Shown in pieces: positions 45,029 through 59,150 of a stretch of 64,000 bases of DNA. Each line of letters opens with the position of its first letter. Position 1 is the stretch's first letter. The notes under the pieces are model-generated. The model saw only the letters and a list, made by a program, of their open reading frames with translations. It was not told the origin of the DNA and did no database searches. A program made the translations under genes and the position numbers. The DNA comes from the human T2T-CHM13v2.0 reference genome, Homo sapiens, in the NCBI RefSeq assembly GCF_009914755.1, contig NC_060927.1. One strand, 5' to 3'.

Positions 45029-45106
45029 CTTTGCTCTTTACGCAAAGTTTGTCCTTCACGCAAAGTCTGCTCTTTACGCAAAGTTACACAAACTTTACGC
45101 AAAGTT
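45011..45106. repeat. Five-copy micro-array of CTTTACGCAAAGT
   Basis: Copies start at 45011, 45036, 45054 (variant cttcacg), 45072 and 45093. Confidence 0.92.
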
Positions 45107-45654
45107 AAATCTCTGATTTAAACTAATAATAAGCAATTAGATGGTACAAGGAAATAGAAGGCCATATCTGAAATAGAAACAAAAAAGATAAAATGCCCAG
45201 GAATAAAACCAAAGTATCCAAATGTCCGGCTTTACCAAATGAAAAGAAGACAGACCACGTTCTTGGCAGAAAGAATCAAGTCAAAGATATCATCTCCTTC
45301 CTAAGTTTATCTATACTTTTATCTTTAACATAATCCCAATAAAAAGGCCAACAGAAAATTTATTCATTTATTCAAATATTTATGCAGGAATTAGAAGAGG
45401 TAACTGAAATTCTTGTAAAAAACCAGCAAGAAAAAAAGAAAGTCTATAGATAAGGAGTAAGTGTGCACAATCTTCAACAAATTTTAAAATCTATTATAAA
45501 ACCTTGATTAATATATGGTATTACTGGTACAAGAACAGAAAGATTAGTGAAACAAAGATGAAAATCGGCACAGACTTAAAGATTAAGTAAAACTGTCTCT
45601 ATTTGCAAATGACATGACTGTTCGCACTGAAAACCCTAAGGAATTTACAAGACT

Positions 45655-46005
45655 ACAGGCAGAGTTAGTTTCTTCTAAGGGCTGTGAGGAAGAATCTGTT
45701 CCGTGCCTCTCTTCCTGACTTCCAGCGGCTTGCTGGCAGTCTTCCGCACTCCTTGGCTTACAGATGCATCACTCTGATCTCTGCCTTCATCTTCACATGG
45801 CATTCTTGCCGTGTCATGTCTCTTTGACCAAATTCTTCCTTTTTATAAGCACACCAGTTATACTGGAATAGCCCATCCCAATAATCTCATTTTAATTTGA
45901 CTATCTCTGTAAAGACCTTATCTCCAAATAAGGTCATATTCTGAGATATTAGGGGCTAGGACTCCAACATATCTTTTTTTGTGAGAGACAGAATTCAACC
46001 CAAAA
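45655..46005 (-). mobile_element. MLT1-type MaLR LTR
   Basis: ggctgtgaggaagaatctgttccgtgcctct...tccaaataaggtcatattctgag. Confidence 0.8.
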
Positions 46006-46019
46006 CACTTAACAAAAGA

Positions 46020-46770
46020 AGATTTACTCATGTAAAGCATGAAATGATACTCAACATCACAAGTTATCAAAGAAATGCAAATAAAGCCACAATACCCACT
46101 AAATCACTGCATATCCGCTAAAATGGCCAAATTTGGGGAGAAAGAAGAGACAAAGACAAGCATTGGTGAAAATGTGGAGCGACTGGGACTCTCATCAACT
46201 GCCCAAATGTGAAAATAACCATTCTTATACCTAGGATATGAAAACAACCTCAAGACAGTTATCAAAGAGAAATAAAAATATATGTCCACACAAAAACTTG
46301 TACATGAAGATCCCTAACACCTTCATTCAAAATAGCCAAAAGCTGTTAACAATCTAAATGTCCATCAACAGATAGGAATAAACAAAGTGTTTTATATCCA
46401 GACACCAGAATACACCTCTTCAATAAGAAGAAAACTGCTGACACAAACAACCTCAATGAATCTCAAAAGCATTATTAGGAGCTTTTTTTTAAAAAGACAC
46501 TAAAGAGTCTTACTGTATGAATCCATTTATATAAAATGTTTGAAAATGTAAAATAATTTATCGTGAGAAAGGCAGATTAGTGGTACCTGGTGGGGAGTGG
46601 AGGGCTGAATGAATACCAAGGAGCACAATCTTTTTGGAGTGAGGAAAATACTCTGTATCTCAACTATGGAAATGGTTTCACAGGGGTCTGCAGCTGTCAA
46701 AACTAATCAAACTGTACGCTTTACACAGACACAGCTCAATGAATGTAAATTATACTTCCGTAAAAATGAT
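46020..46770 (+). mobile_element. Old L1 (L1ME-like) 3' fragment
   Basis: gtccacacaaaaacttgtacatga, aatgaatctcaaaagcatta, tactgtatgaatccatttatat. Confidence 0.7.
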
Positions 46771-47505
46771 TAAACAAAATAGTACATATTTGTAAATCTG
46801 TTAGAAAACATCCCATTTCCAAAAGCATCAACAACAACAAAAATGAGAACTTGAATTAAATGTAAAGGGCCAATCTCTATGAAGAAAACTTCAAAATGCT
46901 ACTGAAGTGAATAAAGCAACACTACTTAGTTATTCTTGGATAAAGGCTCATTATTTTAAGTTTGAATTTTCCAAGAAAATAATCTATAATAATGTTTTTG
47001 CAATCAAAATATCAATACAGTTTTATTTGGGTGAGTCAGAGTATGTGGCAGGGTACTAGTAATTATAATCTGAAAAAACTGGCATATGAGAAGAAAATTC
47101 TGAATTAAAAGTCATGAGAGGCAACTGGCTCTATCCAGTTCTCTCACAGAGAAGCACTAGAAGGTCTCAATAATTAAAAGTTTGATAGCAGCACAAACAA
47201 AGAGAAACAAAGTGTTGAACAGACCACTGAGTCTACAATACAACCAAATGAATATGCAAATGTAATAGCTGTGATAAGAATAATATTTTAAATCAGTAGG
47301 GGAATGATGGATTATTGAATAAACAGTATTTGGTAAATGGCCATTTGGGGAAAAATATAAGGATTCTTATGGCATAACTTAAAAAAAAATACCTATTAGA
47401 TCACAGACCTAAATATAAAGAACTGACCCAAACACTTAAACAAAATATGAATAAACTTGTTCCTACCGTTGGAATGGTGAAGTCTAAGTAAGAAATGATA
47501 TTCAG

Positions 47506-47845
<340 letters not shown>

Positions 47846-49504
47846 TTAAAAAGAAAATGCCAACTAGTTTGGGGGGAGGGGTAGGAGGAGGGAGAGCTCA
47901 AGTACATTACAAAAGGGCCAGTTTTGAAATTTATAATAAAGTCTTACAAATCAATTTTTAAAAAACGAAAAAGAAAAATGAGCAAGACACACAGACTGGC
48001 AGTTCATTGTATAAAGAATTACAAATACTCAATAAACAATGAAAAGATGTTCATCCTCCCACTCAAGAAGAAATGCACATTAAAACAATGATCTATCACT
48101 TTTATCTGGGCATACCCACAAAACCACAAATGCCCAATAATACCTAGTTTTGATGAAGGTGTGGGAAAACAGAAACTCTAATACAGGTAAAAACATAAAT
48201 GAAAGTAACTTTTTGCCAGCAATTTAACACTATCAAAATATTAAATACATATAACCTTTGACTCAGGAATTTTATTTTTGTGTGATAGCAGCGAAACTTG
48301 TTATTTACAAATGATATTACTATTTGTATACAAATACAATTAAAACTGGTATTATTCTAAAGCTTTAGTAATTAAGATAATGCGTAATGGCACAGGGTTA
48401 GACAGACTGATGACTGGAACATAAGTAATAGTTCAGAAACAGACTCACATGTGGGAATGAAGGACATTATATATCATGGGGAAAATGGGAAGAATTTGTC
48501 AATAAATGTGACTGGGATAATTGAGTATCCATTAGAAAAAATGAAATGTGACTCCTGTATCATACCAAAACAAAAATTTCAGGCAGATTTGAGATCTCAA
48601 TGTGAAAAGATTTAATATAAAACTTTTAGAAGACAATACTACATAGGAGATTATGACTTCTAGTATGTAAGGATAGTCAAAACAAGACAAGAAATGTGTA
48701 AACCTAAACAGAAAACACTGGTAATTTGACATTAAAATTACCAACTGATTCTATTAATCAGAAGATAACATAACGGTCAGTTAACAGAGTTACGAAAGAA
48801 AAAAAGAAAAGAAAAATAAAAAATGAACATATCCTAATGTGCTGAACCAAAAAGCCACAAGCCATAAAATCTCTAACAACTATATTCAACATTACCCAGT
48901 GGTTCAAAAATATACAAAATCAACAATTTATTGTTCAGGAATTGTTTTTTAAAAAAGCAAGGAATACCAAATATAGAATTCAGAATTATTACTGAGTTGG
49001 GAAGGAATGACAAAGAATCTGAGGAGAGCAAACAGGGGACTTCTAAGGAAACAGGTATTACTCTTTTATTATTTTTAATATTATGTAGCAATTCTTTATA
49101 CCTACATATATTTTATACCTATTAGTTTGTATCTACTCAATATTGAATAAAGGCAAATTTTAAATGCCATGCAAATGACCAAGAAACCATACTCTGTCAA
49201 ACTTTTGTATACCACTAGGGTTCACTGAACCCAATTCTAGTTTTTATGGGGCAGAGGGTGGTAATTAAAAGCAATTCTAAATATTTTAAAGATTGCTTTT
49301 CCAATATTGTTACTCTTTCTTAAGATATTTCATATAACAAAGAGAAAATTTACTTTTTTACATATGAATAAAATTCATTCTATCTGGAAATAAATCATCA
49401 CTATTCCATCATCCTTCAGACACCAACTTGGTAAGTCTCTCCTTTTTTTTACTTAAGCTTTTGCTGAACACAGTTAAGAATTCAAAAATTTTAACTTTTG
49501 GCCT

Positions 49505-50035
49505 GCGTTGAAAGATTCCCAAGATTATTCCCAGATTCAATGATTTGCTGGCAGGACTTATGAGAGTGAGTCATATTCACAGATATGATTTATTACGACG
49601 AAAGGCTACAAAGCAAAAATCAGCAAAGAAAAAAGGCACATGGGGCAGTCTGGGGGAAACTGGGAGCTACTTTCCAGAATCCTCTCCCAATGGAGTCACA
49701 TAAGATTTCCTGAATTCACCCACCAACAAGTTGTGACAATACATGTGAAATGCTGTCTACCATGAAAGACTGTTAGAGACTCAGGACCCAGGGTTTTCAC
49801 TGTGGGCTGGTCACATAGGCACCTAGCACATGACAAAATTTCAGACTCCCAGAAGGAGGTATTCGGCAGAAATAGTATTTTGTATAAACAGTTTAGGCAC
49901 AGTAAGCGACTTGATCAGCTAGTGGTAGGAATCCTTCTGAAATCTAAGTTTCCAGACACTAGTCAACAGCCAACCTTACAAGCTGGCCTTTTCAAAGAGA
50001 GCAGTTTAGGTTATGTTAACTTTTTTGTGAACACC
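49505..50035. mobile_element. MER21-like LTR
   Basis: gatttattacgacgaaaggctacaaagcaaaaatcagcaaag...cctctcccaatggagtcaca resembles MER21 as recalled. Confidence 0.7.
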
Positions 50036-50754
50036 ACCATTAATGGCAAAGAGAAGAAAACTGACAGAGAGATATTTTACAACTACTAGCTGATCAAAAT
50101 ATGAATGAAAATAAAGATAGCAACACTGTAGATTAATGACAATGGCGAATTTAATTGTAGAAGTAACATCGGAGACAAGTCTTCACATGACAATATTCTA
50201 AATGAATTTTCTCAAATTCAAGAATAGATGAGTGAACAACTTAGGTTTAAAGGAAATGTAGCATTTTCATCCACTTAGTCATTAAACAGGACTTAATCAT
50301 GCAATTTTTTGTGACAAGAACTTGGACCATCCCAGTATCCTAAGAGTATATGTGAGAGTATGCTCTCGTTTTTTATAGTGATACACCATAATTTGTCCGT
50401 AAGCTGACAACTGTTGAAGGTAGATAAGTACACAAAGGTGGATGAAAGGAAACAGATGATACAAAAATAAAGAATTAAATGGACTGATCATTCTAATTGG
50501 TGTTGATTAATCAGAAAATGAAATGCTTTCCAATTATGGATCAAGAACAATGAATGTCCTCCCTACTTCAAGATTATGAACCATCGAAGTTTGTAAACTA
50601 TGTTTTGATTTCAAGTGAAAAAACAAAACCTATTAAAATTTGGAATCAGTATGTACAAAATGGATATATATTTCATGTTCATGTAGGGCAGCTGATGAGT
50701 GGTTATTTACATTCAAAGAATACCACACATTTTGGGTACAAACATCTTCACAAA

Positions 50755-51145
50755 CAAATGTGTTATAAACATACAATGGAATAATACTCAACAATTAAAA
50801 GGAAGGAAATACTGATACAGGCAAGGACACAGATGAATCTCAAAATAATTTGAAAGGAGCCAGACTTAAAAATAGAACATATTTTATGGCTCCATTTATA
50901 TAAAACTCTAGAAATGCAAACTAATCTATAATGACAAAAATCAAACCAGTAGTTGTCTGGGAGAGAAGAGAACAGGGAAGGACAGGAGGGAGGGACTGAA
51001 AAGCAGCTTTGGAAAATTTTTTCAAGTGATGGATACATTTACCATCTTGATTATAGTGATGGTTTCACAGGTGTACACAGATGTCAACACTTAAAGACGC
51101 TGTACTTTTTTAATATGTGTAGTTTATTATATGTGAATTATATCC
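50755..51145 (+). mobile_element. Old L1 (L1ME-like) 3' fragment
   Basis: catacaatggaataatactc, ccatttatataaaactctagaaatgcaaactaatc. Confidence 0.7.
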
Positions 51146-52041
51146 CAGTAATGCTGATTTTAAAAATTGGGTTTGCTATGTTTAGATTCTAATTAAAATT
51201 TCTAACAAAGATTTTTCATTACTCCTTTATTCTTCTGTTATTTACAAACAACTTCAATTATTTAAAAATAAAAAGAACAGCAATGTAAGATAAAAAGTGA
51301 CAAAGAATGATGAACAATCTTCTAGATACTGTGGGTTAAGTAACTGTCAGCTAAGAGAAGTGTTCGAGGCAGTCTGTATAGCAAATATCCAACACTTACA
51401 AAAACGATGAAAAGAGCATGATGAAATTTATAATCATCATAATTTACATTTCAAATTTGTGAAATATGTCAAATATGGATTGCTCTTTTCTCTAAAACCA
51501 ATGAGGAAGCCTAAAAAAAGGCTTCTGCCAGGAGTTCCCAGTGGTTTGCTTATCACATCTCTTAATGGCTATGAACTTCAAGGGAAGGTTTCTTTTTTAT
51601 GTACTTTATCTCCAGCAAGTGCCAAAGACAGCTTAAAATAGATTCATTTTCTTAAAAAACACAGCTATACTGTCAGAACAAACCCACTCTTGGACCGTAA
51701 GTCCAGGAAAACACAGTCAACTGCTTCATTCCTTAAAACGTACTATCAAACAAGTTATTATTTTCTACTTCTGCAAGACTAATAAGCAATCAGGAACTAT
51801 AACTTCTCCTGCTGTCTGAGATGTTTTTACAGAGACCGTTCCCTATTGATGGATAGGCTATATTCAAAAAATCAGTAATTTTTGCTTGTTTGGAACAATT
51901 TAAAATAACAATGTAAATTATGACTAGGTTCCTAAAGCCAACCCATAAAAAGCCCACTTAACACAACATACCTTAGACCTATATTAATTCAAACACAGGT
52001 AGTCATCAAACACACACAGATGCATTTTGAAATTAAAACTC

Positions 52042-52345
52042 GGCCGGGTGCGATGGCTCACGCCTGTAAGCCCAGCACTTTGGGACGCCGAGGCGGGCGG
52101 ATCACCTGAGGTCGGGAATTCAAGTCCAGCCTGACCAACATGGAGAAACCCGTCTCTAGTAAAAATACAAAATTAGCCAGGCATGGTGGTGCATGACTGT
52201 AATCCCAGCTACTCCGGAAGGCTGAGGCAGGAGAATCGCTTGAACCCAGGAGGCAGAGGTTGCGGTGGGCCGAGATGCGCCACTGCACTCCAGCCTGGGC
52301 GACAAGAGTGACACTTGGACTCAAAAAAAAAGAAGAAAAAAAAAA
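52042..52345 (+). mobile_element. AluSp-like
   Basis: cctgaggtcggga...cctgaccaacatggagaaaccc. TSD gaaattaaaactc. Confidence 0.95.
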
Positions 52346-52729
52346 GAAATTAAAACTCAGATTACCAAAACGTTCACTGTCCTCTTACCTATCCTCTATT
52401 CTCAAACACATGCTCAAGATGTTTCTTCTTTGGTAGTAGCAAATAGGCATAGGGTGGCCAAATTGAGAAGCAGAGGCTACAATGACTTTCTTAATCTGAA
52501 AATTCAAGTAATTTAAACATTGAATATTCTTAAACCACATCACCTTTACTTATTCACTTGGCAATCTCCCTTGATGATAGGATTTGTTCAAACCTAATTT
52601 ACGAATGCTCAGTGAACTTTATAAATAAAATGTTTTACAAAAATGTGATATATCATCAAAGCCTAGATTCAAAACCTCTTTCACATGCTTGTCAACTTAA
52701 AGCCCTGGCTCTCCCTTTACTAATAAGCC

Positions 52730-53169
52730 CTGGCTGAATTATGTCCCCCGCCCTCCCCACCAAAATTCACATACTGAAGTCCTAACTTCTAGTACCTCAG
52801 AATGTATCTTTATTCGAAGACAAGGACTTCAAAAAGGTGATTAAGATGTGGCCATTAGGGTGTGGTAGTCCAATCTGACTGGTTTCCTTACAAAAGAAGG
52901 AAATTTGGACACACTGAGAGACACAGCGGGGATATGCATGCACGGAGGAAAGGCCACGTGAAGAGGCAGTAAGAAGGTGGCCATCTGCAAGCTGAGGGGA
53001 AAGGCCTCAGGGGAAATCTCACCATGCACAGAGGAAAGGCCTTGGGAAATCTCGCCGGCACTTTGAGCTTGGACTTTCAGCCTCCAGAACACTGAGAAAT
53101 TAAATTTGCTGTCTAAGCCAACCAATAAATCTGCAGTTTTTGTTATGGCAGCCCTAGCCAACTAATACA
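52730..53169 (+). mobile_element. MLT1B-like MaLR LTR
   Basis: ggctgaattatgtcccc...tgttatggcagccctagccaactaataca. Confidence 0.85.
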
Positions 53170-54312
53170 GAGCTTTAAAAAACATTACTATGTACACTGT
53201 AGAATTTAATACTCTAAAAAGTTTTATTCCATCGTCTCCACTGACAGAATTTCTAAATTAATAAGAGAAAAGTTACACTAGGTAACATGATTAGTACATA
53301 AATGCCTTACGGGCAGATTTCCTTTGTTTACTGCTATATACCTAGTGCACAGGTGCTTAATTACTGAGAGAATGAATCAATGAATAAATTAATCAATAAT
53401 TTTCTTCATAAAAATTAGAAAGACACATACCCTATTTTAACTTCCTGAAATGATTTCACTGCTTCAATGTTATATATTTAAACCAAGTGGTATTTGTTTT
53501 AAAATAAAATGTTCTTTTAAAACGTACGACTTTCCATTTATAAAAAGAAAATTTTATAAGTATATAAAGTGTGAAAAAGAAAATTTCAAAAATAAGTACA
53601 TTCTTAAAGGAAGAAAAATTACATTCCAAAATGTAATGTACTAGATTTTCAAAGAAAAGGCTAATAATATATATCACAGTGTAGTTCTAAATGGATATAG
53701 GAGAACAATAATCAACTATTTCTAGCTGCAGACATATTATGGGGCCACTGCTATCAGCAAATGCTAATAGAAACTATTTCCCAATATATGAAAAAATTAT
53801 TTAATTCATTCAGTTTAAGAAAGGAGTTTTTGGACTTTTTTCTCTGTACCCCCACTATCCAGCAGAAAAAGAAAGGAGTTTAATACACCATCCTGAAAGA
53901 CTGAGGAACTAGCTAGAGTCCCATAGTCACTGAAGAATACTGTTTTTCCTTTGGAGAAACCATGAAGTCAATAAAAAGGGACTTTAAAATAGAACAGTAC
54001 CCTAAAGATACTGGCTCAATGTAAAGGTTTGGTAGCACAGAAATGAGAAAGTACATTTCATCTTAGAAGAAGGAAGATACTAGAGGAGGGCTGTGCTTTT
54101 AATATCAAAAGGCATTTAACCTTAATTACTGTTAAAAATTATTCTAATCCAATTCTAACAAGCAAACTGCTATTGATCATTATTTATTACACAGTATTTT
54201 TCAATTTGAAATCTTTTTGAAACAGTATTCTTAAATAAGAATATCTTAAGTTACCTATTAGTGCTCAGTGAACTGTTTCAAGGAAACCTTACATACCACA
54301 TACCATACCCTA

Positions 54313-54742
<430 letters not shown>

Positions 54743-55017
54743 AACATAACAGGAAGCAAACACTCAATAAAGCTATGTTTCAACCTTTATGTAGACATTT
54801 TACCAACTAGATGTGTGAAGAGAGAGCCTCAGTTGCACTTTTCTGCTTTATCTCAGCTAAACAGACACATTACTTGACAAGTTCTAAAATTAATCCGACT
54901 TCAGTAAAAATACTGCCTGTATGCATTAGGTCAGACACTGTAGATTGCTTTGCCCAACACTACAATCTGTTTTCCTTGCTTTTGTTTAATATAGAGGCTA
55001 TAAAAGCTAAATACTGT

Positions 55018-55357
55018 ACAGTCATCCTTTGGTATCTGTGGGGGACACGTTCCAGGACCTCCCAAAGAGACCAAAATCTGAAGATACTCAAGTCCCCTGA
55101 TATAAAGTGGTGTATGTAGTATTTGCACATAACCTATGTACATCCTCCCATATACTTTAAATCATCTCTAGAGTACTTACATTGCCTAGTACAATGTTAA
55201 TGCTATGTAAATAGTTGTTATAATGTATTGCTCAGGGAAAAATGACAAGAAAAAATGTCTGTATACGTTCAGTACAAACACAATTTTTCCCCCGAATTCT
55301 GATCCACAGTCGGTTGAATCCACAGATGCAGAACCATGGATACGAACAGCTGACTGC
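55018..55357 (+). mobile_element. MER2 (Tigger family)
   Basis: cagtcatcctttggtatctgtggggg...ggatacgaacagctgactg with inverted ends. Confidence 0.85.
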
Positions 55358-58079
55358 AGTTAGGTTTCCAACTCTCCCTTACTACTAGGAGAGTCCGTGT
55401 GACACAGTTTTAATCAATGAAATATACGCAGACATCTACTAGCTTCATAAACCACACTCCTTTCCCCTTTCCACCCTTTCCCCGTCTTTATGACTAGAGC
55501 TGCAACAGACATCTTTCAATGAAGCAAAGCCCAAGAAAAAAGATGTCCACAGCTGTAGCAGCTGCATATTTCCAAGCTGACTATAATGAGGAAAAAATAG
55601 GGGTCCATTTGTTTAAAGTCATTGTTAGTTTAGTATTTATTATTTGCAAATATCTTAAGCATATTTCACCCAGGGAGAAGTGGGGTGGGTAGTGGGGAAA
55701 ATGATGTAATTGTAAGATAGGTCTTCTCGTTTTCCACCCAATTATCTCTTAACAGCAAAAAACAAATCATTAAGAATATGAAGCAACATAGCAAGGAGAT
55801 ATGAACAAGTCCCTGAAGCTACTTGTATCCCTGGCCAAGAAACACAGCTAAGTGGGAACAGTACCTTTTCCAATAAAATAGAATCGCCAAGGCTTTAACA
55901 CCTTACACTATTTCCCTGCAGAGAGAAGACACCCAAAAAAACACTCCTGACTTTATACTGGGTGTTCTGCCTTCCCTCTGGGATTCTCTCACTTCAATTA
56001 CTGCTGTCACCAAACATACTTTAATGCTTTATTACAAAAAGCATTCTGACGGCTTCTCTTAGGGCAGTTAGTAAAGGCAAGAACTTTCAAGAGCTTGATA
56101 CTACAAAAAAACAAACAACTTTAACTAGCTTCACAAAATATAAGTTTCTGATCGTCACATACCTCATTTCCTCCTAGGGACCTTAGGCTCCGGCCTCACT
56201 GTGCCTACTATTTTGAAATAGCTAATTCTACACTACAGAGTTGGCATACCTTCAGAGGCACTATGATTTTGCTAATTTCTGTTCACATCCACCCCTAAAG
56301 AACTGCCTCCTAAACAGCTTCATAGTCTCTACATTAAGAACTTGAATGTCCTCTGCATTCTCCTCACATTCCCAAAGGTCCTTTCTCTGAGTTCTAACGC
56401 GAGACATGAGAGATTAAACAGGCTTCTTTCCACAGAGACTGACACCAGAAATTAACTCATGTTTTGCTGATACTGCTCCAATTATACACACGCATGCACA
56501 CTCTCACTCTGACACACATGGGGACTTCCAAGATTCTATAGTAAACATATTGCTTCTTCATGATAATCTATTACTGTAACCTTCTTGGATAAATGTCTCA
56601 TAAAGAACAGAATGGTTAAGAGGTAAACTCTAGTCCCATAGAAAACTGACTTTTTAAAGATACTTAATTTCCAACAAACAAGGTGGTGTTTTTATTCCTT
56701 TTCAAAAGCTCATTGCCATAAATGAAAATATTCAGCTTAGTTTTAAATGTGATTTGGAATTTACATAGTAAGATTACTTGTTGTTTACATACAAATTAAG
56801 GAAGTAAACAGTTATTAATTGACATTAGAAGTACTGTTAGAAAATAAACTTTTTGCACAGGCAATACTGGTATTAGTTTATACACTGGAAAGAAAGATGT
56901 GTTTACCCTTATTGTCTCAAGCCATTTCTGAAATGTTTTAACTAGAAGTTGTGGGATAATTCTGGTATAATTCCCAATGTGTATTCTTCTTTAATCACAT
57001 ATTAAAATTTTTAATTAATTTACTTGTCAGTTTCACCACAAAGCCTTAATAAATTTTGCATCTATCAAAATACACTAATGAAAAATGTGACTAGGATGCT
57101 GTAGTCTTAGAAACTATATTTCTACACGTCTCTTGTCAGTACTACCTGCCATAAAATTCAAACATTTTGGAAAACAATTTTTAAAAACTCTATCCACAAA
57201 TGGTTAAGCCCCAAAATAACCCACTTCTTTTTATTTCCCAAATTAAAGTATCTAATGATTTCCTAAATTGTAAACATATAACTTAGATGCCCTTTTAACT
57301 ATCTTTAATTACCAAGTTATGTGACATTTTCAATACAATATTTTCTTCATTTTCCCACCAGAGGGCAACCAAGAACCTCAAGTGGTGCTGTGCAATGAAT
57401 TTAACAGCATCCAAAGTGGTTTAAAGGAGTGGAGGATAGGGGAGGACTTTAAAGTCCACCAAGACTATCAGACTAGTCATGAGCAATGCCATGTTACTTC
57501 TTAAAACCTTTTATAATAATAGTATTTTGAAACATCTTATATACATAAGATGTTTAATTTACCTACATATAAGGAGGAACATTTTTTACAGTGATTAGCT
57601 TTATAAAAATATTCCTTAAAAAATTTAAAATCCTTTTCCTAAAACACTCTGTTGTACATACCACATGAAAAAACAGGCTTAACACCTAGGGGAAAAAAAT
57701 GTAGCCTTAGCTATTTAAACAATGCATATGAATTTTTTACTGGCTCATAGTTTAACAACCAATACGAATGTTAAATTTGTTAAAAATCTGTTTCTATCAG
57801 CAGCATACTTTTTCTTGTGCAATCATTTCCATTTCCTATTTCAGAAAATTTCTGAAATCTCAGTAGGAAAATAAGAATTCTCTGACAAAACAAAGAACTT
57901 AATGTAAAGAGGGAAAAATGCTTGGGTGACCAGAAAAGCAATATATTCTTTAACAACCTTTCAGCCTAATTTAATCAGCTAGCAATTTGAGACCTCTTCA
58001 CATCAGCAATTGAAAAGTTTCAGTCATACAAAAACTAAAAAGAAAAAAAAGTTCGATTCAAAACAATACCTCAAAATAA

Positions 58080-58403
<324 letters not shown>

Positions 58404-59048
58404 CATATGTTGTTTTTGATTGCAGAAATCAGGTAAAAATGCACCCGCTCTTTGTTCCATCTAATATTTTATATAAGAATAACCATCTTTAAGGCAAACT
58501 ACATTCATTTTATTTATATAGAACACATTACTAAATTAACCAGTTTCATTTATAGGAAATGAGTAGTAAAGTCATGGTTCTTTTGGTGTTTATTTTGTTC
58601 AAAAGCTTTCTTTCCTCTATACAATCTAAATAGCAACACAATTTAGTATCAAAATCAAAGTCTATGGCATTAGTTTAAATATTAAAACTGCCACAAGCAG
58701 TTTCTTCCATCAAAGTGATGTCAGAAACCATCTCCAGTCCTGCGTATCAATGGTGTTTCCTGTACACTTAATTCTCCACAGTAGCAACACATAAAAACCA
58801 AGTCAATAATTAATCCTCATTAATGGAAAATGACATTTTACATGCAGCTTTCATAAAAATCAGATCCTTTTCTACTATATCTTAACTGTGCACAGACCAA
58901 TTCTTTACTCATGTCAGACACACAAAGGACAGGAATCTATTACATGAATTAAAGTCAATCAAACCATCTAACCTAAATTACATTTCTTTGCTGAAATACT
59001 ATTGGATTTTAAAACCAAGCTTTTTAAGGAAGTATTATTCAAACCCAC

Positions 59049-59150
59049 CTTACATCCAAACATTAAGGATATTGTGCTGTTGGAGCATGCTACTTTACAG
59101 TGGCATAACATCGGAGAAAAGCAATCCAAGTTTTTGATGCTAGGAGACAT
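59049..59150 (-). CDS. DLG1: Probable DLG1 alternative first coding exon, 34 aa cysteine-rich N-terminus MSPSIKNLDCFSPMLCHCKVACSNSTISLMFGCK
   Basis: ATG at 59150 (A at -3), second in-frame ATG at 59111, donor AAG|gtgggt at 59049, phase 0 and compatible with the KYRYQ exon. Strong similarity to the recalled DLG2/PSD-93 N-terminus MICHCKVACTNNTLSLMFGCK, which is followed by KYRYQDED. Confidence 0.85.

Noticed and set aside
45011-45106. CRISPR-like array of palindromic repeats
   Set aside because: Repeats are ~13 bp with linkers of roughly 5-12 bp, the context is a primate intron, and there are no cas genes.
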